Shown here: positions 48,093 to 58,592 of the stretch, in pieces
Numbering within the stretch: the stretch's first letter is position 1
Layout: the number at the start of each line of letters is the position of its first letter
DNA from: an uncultured delta proteobacterium
GTDB taxonomy: Bacteria; Desulfobacterota; Binatia; JACPRU01
Assembly (NCBI GenBank): GCA_963745025.1
Contig: CAVUWD010000008.1
Coordinates: 192,001 to 256,000 of the forward strand
DNA: 64,000 nucleotides
Direction of reading: 5' to 3'
Made by a program: the position numbers and the translations under genes
The notes under the pieces: generated by a model
What the model saw: only the letters and a program-made list of their open reading frames with translations
Database searches by the model: none
Told to the model about the DNA's origin: nothing

Positions 48093-49663
48093 AGATCTCG
48101 CGGAAACGTTTGGGTCTGCGGAACGCGGCGATCGTGCTGGCCGTTTTGGCGATCGGCGGCGTCGGGTTGCCCGAGCGGGCGGCGGCCGACGCCGCCGCCG
48201 ATCACGGCGAGAGCGCGCGGGCCGCCATCCGGCTCGATGCCGAGCAGCAGCAAGCGATGGGCCTCACCTATGGCGTCGTCGAGCGGCGTTCCCTCGACAA
48301 GACGATCCGTACGGTCGGGCGGTTCGACTACGACGAGCGGAAGCTCGCCGCCGTCACGCTGAAGATCAGCGGCTACATCAAGGACCTGTTCGTCGACTAC
48401 ACGGGGAAGAGGGTTCGCAAGGGCGAGCCGCTGTTCACGATCTACAGCCCCGAGCTGGTGAGCGGCGAGCAGGAATACCTGCTCGCCGTGCGCAACCAGA
48501 AGGAGCTCGGGAAGAGTCAGGTGCCGAGCGCGGCGCAGTCGGCCGCGTCGCTGCTTCGCGCCAGCCGCGAGCGTTTGCTGCTCTGGGATCTGAGCGAGCG
48601 GCAGGTCCGCGAGCTCGAGGAAGCGGGTAAGCCGAGCCTCTACCAGACGATCTCCTCGCCGGCGTCGGGCATCGTGCTCGAGAAGATGGTCGTGGCCGGC
48701 CAGAGCGTGCAGGCCGGGATGACGCTCTACAAGATCGCCGATCTGTCGACGATCTGGGTGTACGGCGACATCTACGAGTACGAGCTGCCGTTCGTGAAGG
48801 TCGGCCAGAAGGCAGAGATCCGGCTTTCCTACGCGCCCGGCCGATCCTTCGTCGCGCGGGTCGCGTACGTCTATCCGACGCTCGATCCCAAGACCCGTAC
48901 CGTGAAGGTCCGCTTCGAGCTGCCGAATTCCACCGACGACCTCCTTCGTCCGGAGATGTACGGAAGCGTCGAGCTCCGCGTGCCGCTCGGCGAGCGTCTC
49001 GTCATTCCAAAGACTGCGATTCTCGACTCCGGCCGGCGCCAGCGGGTGTTCGTCGCGGCCGGCGACGGCCGACTCACCCCGCGCGAAGTCAAGCTCGGCG
49101 ATCGCGTCGACGACTACGTCGAGGTCCGAGAAGGCCTCCAGCCGGGCGAGCGCGTGGTGACGAGCGCGAACTTCCTCGTCGATTCCGAGAGCCAGCTCCA
49201 GGGAGCGGAGAGCATGATGAGCATGATGGGCGCAGTCGGCATGGGCGATCGGAAGATGGAGGGCGCGAAGTCGATGTCGATGGGCGGGGGCAACGAGCCC
49301 GCGACGAAGGAAACGACGGCGCCGGACACACCGAGCGTTGCGGCCGAGGAGAGACGCGTCGGCGATCTCATGGTGAGCGTTTACCCGGCGACCGGCACTG
49401 CGAAGGTCGGCGCGTCGGCGATCCGCGTCCGGGTGCGTGATGCGACGGGCGCCGCGGTCGGGCAGGCGAAGGTCCGCTTCGAATACACGATGGACATGGC
49501 GGGCGCGTCGATCGAGAGCGGCGAAGCGGGCGAGATCGGCGCTGGGGTCTTCGAGGGAATGGCGAAGTTCACGATGGCAGGACCCTGGGCCGTGGTGATC
49601 CAGATCGATCGCCCCGGGAAGCCGACGCTGCGCGGCAAGTTCACGCTGCGGGTGGGCGGATGA
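48089..49663 (+). CDS. cusB: CusB-type RND membrane fusion protein with Met-rich linker and YtkA/FixH-like C-terminal domain
   Basis: YSPELV..EQEYL, DLSTIWV, TRTVKVR, LRPEM and NFLVDSES motifs; MDM..FTMAGPW tail. Confidence 0.88.
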   Translation: MKISRKRLGLRNAAIVLAVLAIGGVGLPERAAADAAADHGESARAAIRLDAEQQQAMGLTYGVVERRSLDKTIRTVGRFDYDERKLAAVTLKISGYIKDLFVDYTGKRVRKGEPLFTIYSPELVSGEQEYLLAVRNQKELGKSQVPSAAQSAASLLRASRERLLLWDLSERQVRELEEAGKPSLYQTISSPASGIVLEKMVVAGQSVQAGMTLYKIADLSTIWVYGDIYEYELPFVKVGQKAEIRLSYAPGRSFVARVAYVYPTLDPKTRTVKVRFELPNSTDDLLRPEMYGSVELRVPLGERLVIPKTAILDSGRRQRVFVAAGDGRLTPREVKLGDRVDDYVEVREGLQPGERVVTSANFLVDSESQLQGAESMMSMMGAVGMGDRKMEGAKSMSMGGGNEPATKETTAPDTPSVAAEERRVGDLMVSVYPATGTAKVGASAIRVRVRDATGAAVGQAKVRFEYTMDMAGASIESGEAGEIGAGVFEGMAKFTMAGPWAVVIQIDRPGKPTLRGKFTLRVGG

Positions 49664-50127
49664 GAAGAGGGGCACGCGACGCCCATCGGAAGCGCAGCGC
49701 CGCGCGGACGGGGGCGAAGTCAAGGGGCCCCGGATTCACTTCGGGGCGCGACGCCCATCGGAGCACGGCGCGAAGCGCCGCGCGGACGGGGGCGAAGTCG
49801 AGGGAGCGCCCCGGATTTACTTCGGGGCGCGGACGCCCATCGGAGCACGGCGCGAAGCGCCGCGCGGACGGGGGCGAAATCGAGGGAGCGCCCCGGATTT
49901 ACTTCGGGGCGCGACGCCCATCGGAGCACGGCGCGAAGCGGCGTGCGGACGGGGGCGAAATCGAGGGAGCGCCCCGGATTTACTTCGGGGCGCGACGCCC
50001 ATCGGAGCACGGCGCGAAGCGGCGCGCGGACGGGGGCGAAATCGAGGGAGCGCCCCGGATTTACTTCGGGGCGCGACGCCCATCGGAGCACGGCGCGAAG
50101 CGGCGTGCGGACGGGGGCGAAATCAAA
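49664..50127 (+). repeat. Tandem array of an 81-bp hairpin-containing unit, about 6 copies, between cusB and cusA
   Basis: Units start near 49677, 49749, 49831, 49912, 49993 and 50074; stem GCGCCCCG-gatttactt-CGGGGCGC; no spacers. Confidence 0.95.
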
Positions 50128-53100
50128 ATGATCGACCGAATCATCGAATACAGCGCGCGCAACCGCTTTCTCGTCGTGCTGCTCGTCGCCTTCGCGACCG
50201 CCGCCGGCGTGTGGTCGCTCCGCCAGAGCCCGCTCGACGCGATCCCCGACCTTTCGGACGTCCAGGTGATCATCTTCACCGATTGGCCGGGCCGGAGCCC
50301 CGACATCGTCGAAGATCAGATCACCTATCCGATCATTAGCACGATGATCGCGGCGCCCCGGGTGAACTACGTGCGCGGCGAGTCGATGCTCGGCTACTCG
50401 TTCGTCAACGTCGTCTTCCAGGACGGCACCGACCTCTACTGGGCGCGAAGCCGCGTTCTCGAGTACATGCAAGGGATCACCGGGCGCTTGCCCGAAGGCG
50501 TGAGCCCGCGCCTCGGACCGGACGCGACGGGAGTCGGCTGGGTCTACGAGTACGCTCTCGTCGACAGGAGCGGAACGCACACGCTGGCGGATCTCCGCTC
50601 CTTCCAGGACTGGCATCTGCGTTACTGGCTGGAAGCCGTTCCCGGCGTCGCCGAGGTCGCCTCGGTCGGCGGCTTCGTCAAGCAGTACCAGGTCGAGATC
50701 AAGCCGGCGACGCTGCTCGCCTTCCGGCTGCCGTTCCAGCAGGTGATGGAGGCCATCCGGCGCTCGAACAACGAGGTCGGCGGGCGCCTCATCGAATTCA
50801 ACGGCACCGAGTACATGGTGCGGGGAAGGGGATACGTCCGGTCGGTCGACGACGTCGAGAAGATCGTCGTCGGCACGAACGGAAGCGGCACGCCGATCTC
50901 GATTCGCGACATCGGCACCGTCCACCTCGGCCCGGATCTCCGCCGCGGCCTCGTCGAGCTCGACGGCAACGGGGAGGTGGTGGGGGGCGTCGTCGTCATG
51001 CGTCAGGGCGAGAACGCGCTTCGTGTCATCGACGGCGTCAAGCGAAAGCTCGCGGAAGTGGAGAAGTCGCTGCCGCCCGGCGTCGAGGTGGTGGCGACGT
51101 ACGATCGGTCTGACGCTCATCCGCCGCGCGATCGACACGCTGAAGCGCACGCTCGTCGAGGAGCTCGCGATCGTCAGCCTGGTGATCCTCGTATTCCTCT
51201 GGCACATCCCGAGCGCCGCGATCCCGATCGTCACGATCCCGATCGCCGTCCTGCTCTCGTTCATTCCGATGCATGCGATGGGCATCACGGCGAACATCAT
51301 GTCGCTCGGCGGGATCGCGGTGGCGATCGGCGCCATGGTCGATGCCGCGATCGTCGTCGTCGAGCAGACGCACAAGAAGCTCGAGCGGTGGCAGTCCGAC
51401 GGCCGCCCGGGGAGCTTCCGCGACGTCGTCGTCGGCGCCGTGAAGGAAGTCGGCGGCCCCAGCTTCTTCTCGCTGCTGGTGATCGCCGTCTCGTTTCTGC
51501 CGATCTTCGCGCTCGAGGCGCAGGAAGGCCGGCTCTTCAAGCCGCTCGCGTTCACCAAGAACTTCTCGATCGCGATCGCCGCCCTGCTGGCGATCACCCT
51601 GGATCCGGCGGTGCGCCTCATCTTCACGCGCGTCGATCCGTATTCGTTCCGGCCGCGCTGGCTCTGTCGCATCGTCAATGCCGTCTTCGTCGGCACGATC
51701 CACAGCGAGGAGACCCATCCGATCAGCCGGCCGCTGATGCGGCTCTACCAGCCGGCGATCGAGGTCGTGCTGCGCTTTCGCTGGCTGACGATCGCCGCCG
51801 CCATCCTCGTGGTCGCGGCGACGGTGCCGATCTACTTCCGGCTCGGTTCGGAATTCATGCCGCCCCTCAACGAAGGCACGATTCTCTACATGCCGACGGC
51901 GCTGCCGGGCATGTCGATCACCCAGGCGCGCGCGGCGATCCAGACGCAGGATCGCATGATCAAGCAGCTTCCCGAGGTGGCGAGCGTCTTCGGCAAATCC
52001 GGCCGCGCCGAGACGCCGACCGATCCGGCGCCGCTCAACATGTTCGAGACGGTCGTGACGCTGAAGCCCGAGGATCAGTGGCGGCCGGGAATGACCTGGG
52101 ACAAGCTCCTCGACGAGCTCGACCGCACGGTTCGCCTCCCCGGCATGCCCAACATCTGGTGGATGCCCATCCAGACGCGGACGGAAATGCTCGCCACGGG
52201 AATCCGCAGCGTTCTCGGGATCAAGGTGTTCGGCGCCGATCTCGGCGGAGATCGGTCGCGTCTCCAAGGAGATCGAGCAAGCGCTTGCGGCCGTGCCCGG
52301 CACGCGCAGTGCTTTCGCCGAACGGACGACCGGCGGCTACTACTTGAACTTCGACGTGAATCGCGACGCGATCGCCCGCTACGGCCTCACCGTCGGAGAC
52401 GTGCAAGACATCGTCGAATCGGCGATCGGCGGCACCGACGTCTCGCAGACCGTCGAAGGGCGCGAGCGCTACTCGATCAACGTCCGCTACGCTCGCGACG
52501 AGCGCAGCGACCTGCAGAGCCTCGAGCGGGTGCTGGTGTCGGCCCCGATGGGGTGCAGATCCCTCTCGCCGAACTGGCGACGATCTCCGTGTCGACGGCT
52601 CCTCCGTCGATCCACGACGAGAACGGCGAGATCGCCGGCTACGTGTTCGTCGACGTGGCGCGACGCGATCTCGGCAGTTACGTCGCCGAGGCCAAGCGCG
52701 TCGTCGGCGAGCAGGTGAAGCTGCCTGCCCGGCTACCACCTCGAGTGGGCCGGTCAGTTCCAGTATCTCGAGCGCGCGCGGGCCCGCCTCGCGATCGTCG
52801 TGCCGTTCACGCTGCTGATCGTCTTCATCCTTCTCTACGTGAACACCGGCTCGATCGCGAAGACCCTGATCATCCTCCTGGCCGTTCCGTTCTCGGCCGT
52901 GGGGGCGATTTGGCTGCTCTGGCTTCTCGACTACAACATGTCGATCGCCGTCTGGGTCGGCCTCATCGCGCTGCTCGGCGTCGACGCCGAGACCGGCGTG
53001 TTCATGCTCCTCTACCTGGACTTGGCGTTCGAGGAGCGCCGGCGCGAGGGACGCCTCACGTCCGCGGCGGATCTTCGCGAGGCGATCATCGAGGGCGCGG

Positions 53101-53327
53101 TCAAGCGCCTGCGGCCCAAGGTGATGACCGTCGGCGTGATGTTCCTGGGGCTCCTGCCGATCCTCTGGTCGCACGGCACGGGAGCCGACGTGATGAAGCG
53201 CATCGCCGCGCCGATGGTCGGCGGGATCTTCACGTCGTTCCTGATGGAGCTCCTCGTCTACCCCGCGATCTATTCCATCTGGCGGGGCCGAGAGGTGAAT
53301 CGGCAGCCCTCGACGATCGGTTCATGA
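50128..53327 (+). CDS. cusA: CusA/SilA-type heavy-metal RND permease; about four frameshifts in this sequence
   Basis: PLDAIPDLSDVQVI, GPDATGVGWV, IAIGAMVD-like AVAIGAMVDAA, EFMPPLNEG, PAPLNMFET and RLRPKVMT motifs. Confidence 0.92.
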
Positions 53328-53376
53328 GTGGTCTTCGCGGACATGGGGACCGCGATGTTTGATAAGGAGAGCGGTC

Positions 53377-53739
53377 ATGAAGAGAGTCAGCGCATTGGTG
53401 GTCGTCACGTTTCTGTTCCTGGGCGCGGTGCTGCTGCCGGCGAGCCGCTTGCCAGCGGAAGAGCAGATGGACATGGAGAAGATGATCTCTTCGGCCAAGA
53501 CCGCCGCCGATCACGAGGCGCTCGCGGCCGAATACGAGAGCGAGGCGGCCGCCGCGAGGGCCAAGGCCGCCGAACACCGCAAGATGGCGGAGAGCTACAA
53601 GACGCTCGGGGGCGCGGCGATCGGCAAGCTTCATCTCGACGAGCATTGCGAGCGCCTCGTGAAGTCGTACGAGAAGGCAGCAACGGAATCCGAGGCGATG
53701 GCGAAGGCGCATCGTGAGATGGCGAAAGCGGCGAAGTAG
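53377..53739 (+). CDS. Periplasmic His/Met-rich helical protein, putative metal-binding
   Basis: Signal peptide; DHEALA..Y, EHRKMA..Y, HC..L...Y and AHREMA; AAGGAG RBS. Confidence 0.75.
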   Translation: MKRVSALVVVTFLFLGAVLLPASRLPAEEQMDMEKMISSAKTAADHEALAAEYESEAAAARAKAAEHRKMAESYKTLGGAAIGKLHLDEHCERLVKSYEKAATESEAMAKAHREMAKAAK

Positions 53740-53772
53740 GGGCGGGTTTCGCACCGATTACTCGTCTCCGCT

Positions 53773-53806
53773 GGACCACAGGCCGCTCCCGAGCGGCCTG
53801 TGGTCC
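53773..53806. terminator. Perfect 16-bp inverted repeat at the end of the efflux operon
   Basis: GGACCACAGGCCGCTC-cc-GAGCGGCCTGTGGTCC; no U tract. Confidence 0.55.
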
Positions 53807-54129
53807 GCGTCGCTCCCGCAATGATGGCTTGACGAAGTCCCGCGCACTTCAGACCATGTTCGCCGCGTGAGAGAAGTCCGTGAGAGAGCAGCGACCGCCG
53901 AACCGCTGATTCGCTCTGTTTCGGTACGAGGATTGCCGCTCGCTCACGCCGGTCGCGCAGCTCGGGCCGGGCACGGAGGCGACCGTGGCCGCGGAGATCG
54001 CCGCGGCCTTGCAGCGGCACATCGAGCTCGTGGAGTCCCCCAGCGGCGGAGCGCTGCCTCACCTCGTCGCTATCCAACGCAAAGTCGTCGAAGAGCGAGC
54101 GCAGACGCTCGAGCGCTGCTCGATCGCGC

Positions 54130-55284
54130 CTACTGCGCTTCGAGGATGCGCAGGATCTCCCGCGCGACGAACACGCGATCTCGCTTCCGGCCGGTCGCCT
54201 CTTCGAGAATCCCGGCATCGACGAGCTTTGCGATCGTGAGCTGAGCGGACCGAGGGGTCACATCGAGAATCTTCGCTGCCCGCGCGACGCTCATCGCCGG
54301 CGCCTCGAAGAGTCGATCGACGATCCGCAACGGAAGTCCGGGAGCGCGCGCAGCCTCGAGCTTTCGACGATACTTCTGGCGGAGATCGAGAAGGCGCCCG
54401 GATCGACGGATGGCGTCATCCGATTCGTGGCGCACGCCTTCGAGGAAGTAGAGGATCCATTCGCGCCAGGCCCCGTGCTGATTCACCGCGAGGAGGTGCC
54501 CGTAATAGTCCTCGCGCCTGCGCTCGAAGAATGCGCTCAGATACAGCACCGGTGCCGGCAGAAGCTGCCACTCGCAAAGAAGGAGCGTGATCAACAGCCG
54601 CCCGACCCGGCCGTTGCCGTCGAGGAACGGATGAATCGCCTCGAAGTGCTGATGGAGCATCGCCAGGCGGACGAGCGGCGGCAGCGTCGAAGGCGCATGA
54701 AGAAAGTTCTCGAAGGCGCCGAGTGCGCGCTTCATCTCGTCGACCGGGGGCGGGACGTAGGTCGCGTCCGCGAGCGAGCTTCCGGGCGGGCCGATCCAAT
54801 TCTGCGATCGACGGAACTCACCGGGCGTCGCGTGGTCCCCGCGAACTCCCTTCATCAGGCGTCCGTGAACCTCTCGCAGGAGGCGGAGGCCCATCGGTAG
54901 CGTCTTCAGGCGTTCGAGGCCGTATTCGAGAGCCGTCACGTAGTTGGCGACTTCGTTCACATCCGGCATCGAGGCCGCAGCCTTTCTCGTCGACAACGCC
55001 TCGAACCGGGCGAGATCGGAGACGTTTGCACGCGTTCCTTCGATGCGGCTCGACAGTACGGCTTCCCGCCGAATGAACGGAGCAATCAGCAGATACGGGT
55101 TGAGTAACGTCCGCGTGAGCCCGGCAAGCTCCCCGAGCCGGCGACTCGCCTCCGCGAGGGGTTCGGCGAGGCTCCAGTCCACCTCGACCGGCGGCGGCAA
55201 GGGATTCGGGACGTAAGCCCAGTATCCCGTCGATGCCCGGACCACGCGGCCGGGGCTGTTGGAAGAAAAGTCGCTCGGGAGCAT
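54130..55284 (-). CDS. Fic family protein with C-terminal HTH
   Basis: EAVLSSRIEGT; PGEFRRSQNWIG; HPFLDGNGRVGR. Confidence 0.95.
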   Translation of the reverse strand: MLPSDFSSNSPGRVVRASTGYWAYVPNPLPPPVEVDWSLAEPLAEASRRLGELAGLTRTLLNPYLLIAPFIRREAVLSSRIEGTRANVSDLARFEALSTRKAAASMPDVNEVANYVTALEYGLERLKTLPMGLRLLREVHGRLMKGVRGDHATPGEFRRSQNWIGPPGSSLADATYVPPPVDEMKRALGAFENFLHAPSTLPPLVRLAMLHQHFEAIHPFLDGNGRVGRLLITLLLCEWQLLPAPVLYLSAFFERRREDYYGHLLAVNQHGAWREWILYFLEGVRHESDDAIRRSGRLLDLRQKYRRKLEAARAPGLPLRIVDRLFEAPAMSVARAAKILDVTPRSAQLTIAKLVDAGILEEATGRKRDRVFVAREILRILEAQ

Positions 55285-55339
55285 CGGGCTCTGGCCAAGA
55301 TTGGCTAAGATACTTCCGTTCGTTCGGGAGCTCGTTATC

Positions 55340-55361
55340 ATACTTTTCACTCGAAAAGTAT
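55340..55361. promoter_or_regulatory. Inverted repeat upstream of fic; putative operator
   Basis: ATACTTTTC-actc-GAAAAGTAT. Confidence 0.55.
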
Positions 55362-55484
55362 CTTAGCTGCCAATTCCCGCGAGCTGGGACAGTTCGGCGA
55401 GGTAGTCGATTGTGGTCAGGGGCGACGCGGTTCCGGACATCCAGAGCGGCACGACAAAAAGACGCGCGGCGACGAACAGGCTTC

Positions 55485-55865
55485 CTAGCCTTGGCTCAGC
55501 TGCTGCACGCGCTGGCCCGAGAGGCCGAGCAGGGTCCCTGCGTCGCGCACGCTCAAACCGAGCTTCTTTCGAAGGTCGATGACCGCCTTGCGCGTGAGGG
55601 CCTGTGCAGCGGCACTCGCGCGGTCGGCCCGCTTCTTGGCGGAGGAGAGCATCTTGAGTTCCTGCCTGATCTTCGCGGGCAGTCGAACGTCGCGCTCGAG
55701 CGTCGCGCCCTCGGCGCCATCGACGAACAGCCCGAGAGCTTCCCGAACCCGGCGCTCTGCCTCCTCGATCGTGCGGCCCTGCGTGTGACAGCCCGGGATG
55801 CCTTTGACCGTCGCGACCCACCAACCGTCTTCGTCGCGTTCGTACCGTACCGTGTATTTCTTCAC
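55485..55865 (-). CDS. hicB: HicB family antitoxin with C-terminal HTH
   Basis: DEDGWWVA.V..IPGCHTQGRTIEEA; LSVRDAG.LLGLS.QRV.QL. Confidence 0.9.
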   Translation of the reverse strand: MKKYTVRYERDEDGWWVATVKGIPGCHTQGRTIEEAERRVREALGLFVDGAEGATLERDVRLPAKIRQELKMLSSAKKRADRASAAAQALTRKAVIDLRKKLGLSVRDAGTLLGLSGQRVQQLSQG

Positions 55866-56035
55866 CGGTGCAGCCACCCCTTTCCTGTCAGCCATCCCTT
55901 TCCGAGACAGGGTTCCAGATCTCGCTCTATGGCGCGAAGGAGCCCCCTGCCGAGCTCTTCGCCGGCGTGTACCGGAACCGTAGTGGAGCATTTGCCGCAT
56001 CGCACTCTCACGTGGGCGCGAGCACAATCCTGGCT
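55862..56035 (-). pseudogene. hicA: 5'-truncated HicA toxin
   Basis: Manual translation ..AHVRVRCGKCSTTVPVHAGEELGRGLLRAIERDLEPCLGKGWL; GTGA overlap with hicB; stop immediately upstream. Confidence 0.75.
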
Positions 56036-56069
56036 TTACCTCACGGGACGCTCATAGAATCATGCTCAT

Positions 56070-56309
56070 ATGAGTAATAGACTCCAAGTGCTCGTGCCAC
56101 CGCAGCTCGATTCCCGGATCCGCAAGGCGGCGCAGAGAAGGCGCCTTTCGAAAGGGGCATGGGTGCGCCGGGCCCTCGAACACGCGTTGCGCGAGGGGAT
56201 CGACACGCAGGTCATCACGGAGGACCCCGTTGCGAGACTCGCCGCGCTCAACGGACCGACGGCCGACATCAAGAAGATGCTCGCGGAGATCGAAGCAGGG
56301 CGCCACTGA
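56070..56309 (+). CDS. RHH/CopG-type antitoxin
   Basis: RLQVLV...IRKAA.....SKGAWVR.AL; PTADI..MLAEI; TAGAAT and palindrome CTCATATGAG over the start. Confidence 0.85.
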   Translation: MSNRLQVLVPPQLDSRIRKAAQRRRLSKGAWVRRALEHALREGIDTQVITEDPVARLAALNGPTADIKKMLAEIEAGRH

Positions 56310-56708
56310 TGGTGTTCATCGATTCGAACGTCCCGATGTACGTGGCGGGTCGAGAGCACCGGAACCGCGAGCCGGCGCGACGGTTTCTAGATCGCGTGCG
56401 CGCGGCTCGGGTCGACGGCTGCACGAGCACGGAGGTGCTTCAGGAGATTCTCAATCGCTACAGCGCTCTGCGCCGACCCGATCTCGCCCGACAGGTTTAC
56501 GATCTCTTCGTCGCCGTCTGCCCCGTTGCTCTTTCCGGTCGATCTCTCGGACACCGACCGCGCCCGCGATCTGCTGTGCGGCGGCGAGAACATCTCCGCT
56601 CGCGATGCGGTTCATGCGGCGGTCATGCTGAACCGCGGCGTGACCGAGATCGCGACCTTCGACGAGGCGTTCGACCGGATCGAGGGCATCCGGCGTATCC
56701 GGCTCTGA
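56309..56708 (+). CDS. PIN-domain (VapC) toxin; frameshift near 56530
   Basis: FIDSNVPMY, EVLQEIL, ARDAVHAA and TFDEAFD motifs. Confidence 0.85.
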
Positions 56709-56798
56709 ATCGGCAGCCGGTCCCGATCTTTTCGACGGAACGGCCGGCGGTACGGGCGAGTCGGGTGTTCGCGTTGACCCCTCGAGCCTCTTCCTGTA

Positions 56799-58122
56799 GT
56801 GCCCGCGCCAATCGTGACCGCGGAGGCGACAGCCGATCTCGGACACCTCTTGCCGGTGGCGTCGATGCTGCCGTTCGCGCTGATGCTGCTCGGCATCGCC
56901 GTGATCCCGCTCCGCTGGCCGCATTTCTGGGAAAGCCACCGGAACAAGGCGGTCTTCGGCGCCGTCCTCGGGCTTCCGGTGGTTCTCTACGTCGCGAGCT
57001 TCGATGTGACGGTCGTTGCGCACACGGCGCGCGAGTACGTCTCCTTCATCGTGTTCCTCGGCGCGCTGTTCGTGATCTCGGGAGGCATCGTGTTGCGCGG
57101 AGACATCCGCGCCACGCCGGAGGTGAACACCGGCTTTCTCGCCGTCGGGGCGCTGCTCGCCAACTTCGTGGGCACGACGGGCGCCAGCATGCTCCTCATC
57201 CGCCCGATGCTTCGCACCAACTCTCCCGAACGGAAGCACATCGCGCACATCCCGATCTTCTTCATCTTCATCGTGTCGAACTGCGCGGGCCTCCTCACCC
57301 CGCTCGGCGATCCTCCGCTCTTCCTCGGATATCTCCGCGGCGTGCCGTTCTTCTGGACGATGCGGCTACTGTTCGAGTGGCTCTTCGTCGTCGTCACGCT
57401 GCTCGCCGTCTTCTACGTCGTCGATCGATTCGCCATCGCTCGCGAAGACGTCGCCTCCCGCGTGGAGGACGAGCGCGAGTACGAGCCGATCCGCATCGTC
57501 GGCGGCCACAACTTTCTCTATCTCTTCGGCGTCGTCGCAGCCGTTCTCTTCAGCCCCTCGCTGCCCGAAGGCTGGATCCGCGAGGGCGTGCGACTCGGCG
57601 CGATGGTGCTGATGGTGGCGATATCGCTCCGGACGACCCCCGCCGAGCTTCGCGAAGAGAACGGCTTCAGCTTCGGCCCGATCCAGGAGGTGGCGGTGCT
57701 GTTCGCCGGCATCTTCGCCACGATGATCCCGGCGCTCGAGATCCTGCGGGCGCGGGGCGGCGAGCTCGGCGTGAGCGAGCCCTGGCATTTCTACTGGCTC
57801 TCGGGCGCGCTCTCGTCGTTCCTCGACAATGCGCCGACCTATCTCACCTTCGTCTCGCTCGCCCAGGGACTCCACGCGAGCCGGCCAGGCCGCGGTCTAC
57901 ATGACGGGCGGGCCCGTGTCGGAAACGCTCCTCGCCGCGATCTCCTGCGGGTCGGTGATGATGGGGGCCAACAGCTACATCGGCAACGGCCCGAACTTCA
58001 TGGTCAAGGCGATCGCGGAGGAGCAGGGCGTCGAGATGCCGAGCTTCTTCGGCTACATGCTCTGGTCGTGCGGGATCCTGCTGCCGCTCTTCGGGGTGGT
58101 GACGCTGGTCTTCTTCCGCTAG
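56799..58122 (+). CDS. Na+/H+ antiporter-like membrane transporter (NhaD/CitMHS-related); frameshift near 57880
   Basis: [31 protein letters not shown] and [15 protein letters not shown]...MPSFFGY motifs. Confidence 0.88.
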
Positions 58123-58459
58123 TGAGTCGTCCCCGACAACGACGCGATGCGCATTCGATCGCCTCCGCGTTGAACTGCCCCGACGTCCGAAACCTCGAAC
58201 GCGCTGCACGACAATCGAATGCAACAACGACAACGCTACAGCGCAGATCCAGACGGGGATAATTACCCGTGGCCCCTCCACCTCGACGGAGCAGAGCGAG
58301 TTCGCGGCGAGCTGCGTAGGCTGCTTACCGAGCGCGTTCTGTCACCTCTCCTGCTGGTGGCCAGGCCGGTCGTTCCATATGGCCTAACCTCCATTTGCCC
58401 GCTCCGAGCTCTTTCGACAGAATCGGCACCCGTGGGCCAGATACGCGTGCCAATCGAAG

Positions 58460-58584
58460 TAGCTACAGGCGAAGTGCCCTTCGCCTTTCGTTCGACCGGC
58501 GGCAAGCCGTGGCTCGAGATCGACGACCGCGAAAAACTCGAGCGCGAGCGCTGTGAGGTGCTGCCGCGCCTTGGCAGCGCGTGA
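58460..58584 (+). pseudogene. C-terminal remnant of a phosphocholine-cytidylyltransferase-like NTP transferase
   Basis: [24 protein letters not shown]; GTGA overlap with the GT2 gene. Confidence 0.5.
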
Positions 58585-58592
58585 CCGGCGCG

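Noticed and set aside
49664-50127. Possible CRISPR array
   Set aside because: Units are contiguous and near-identical with no unique spacers, and there are no cas genes
50128-53327. Programmed frameshifting or pseudogenisation in cusA (likewise tupA, the PQQ dehydrogenase, vapC, the antiporter and GT2)
   Set aside because: Isolated single-base indels in otherwise conserved genes, with no shared slippery motif; long-read error is the simpler explanation
53829-54130. Promoter-like TTGACG-17-GACCAT and a short helical ORF
   Set aside because: No recognisable family, and the ORF runs into fic; possibly another remnant but unsupported
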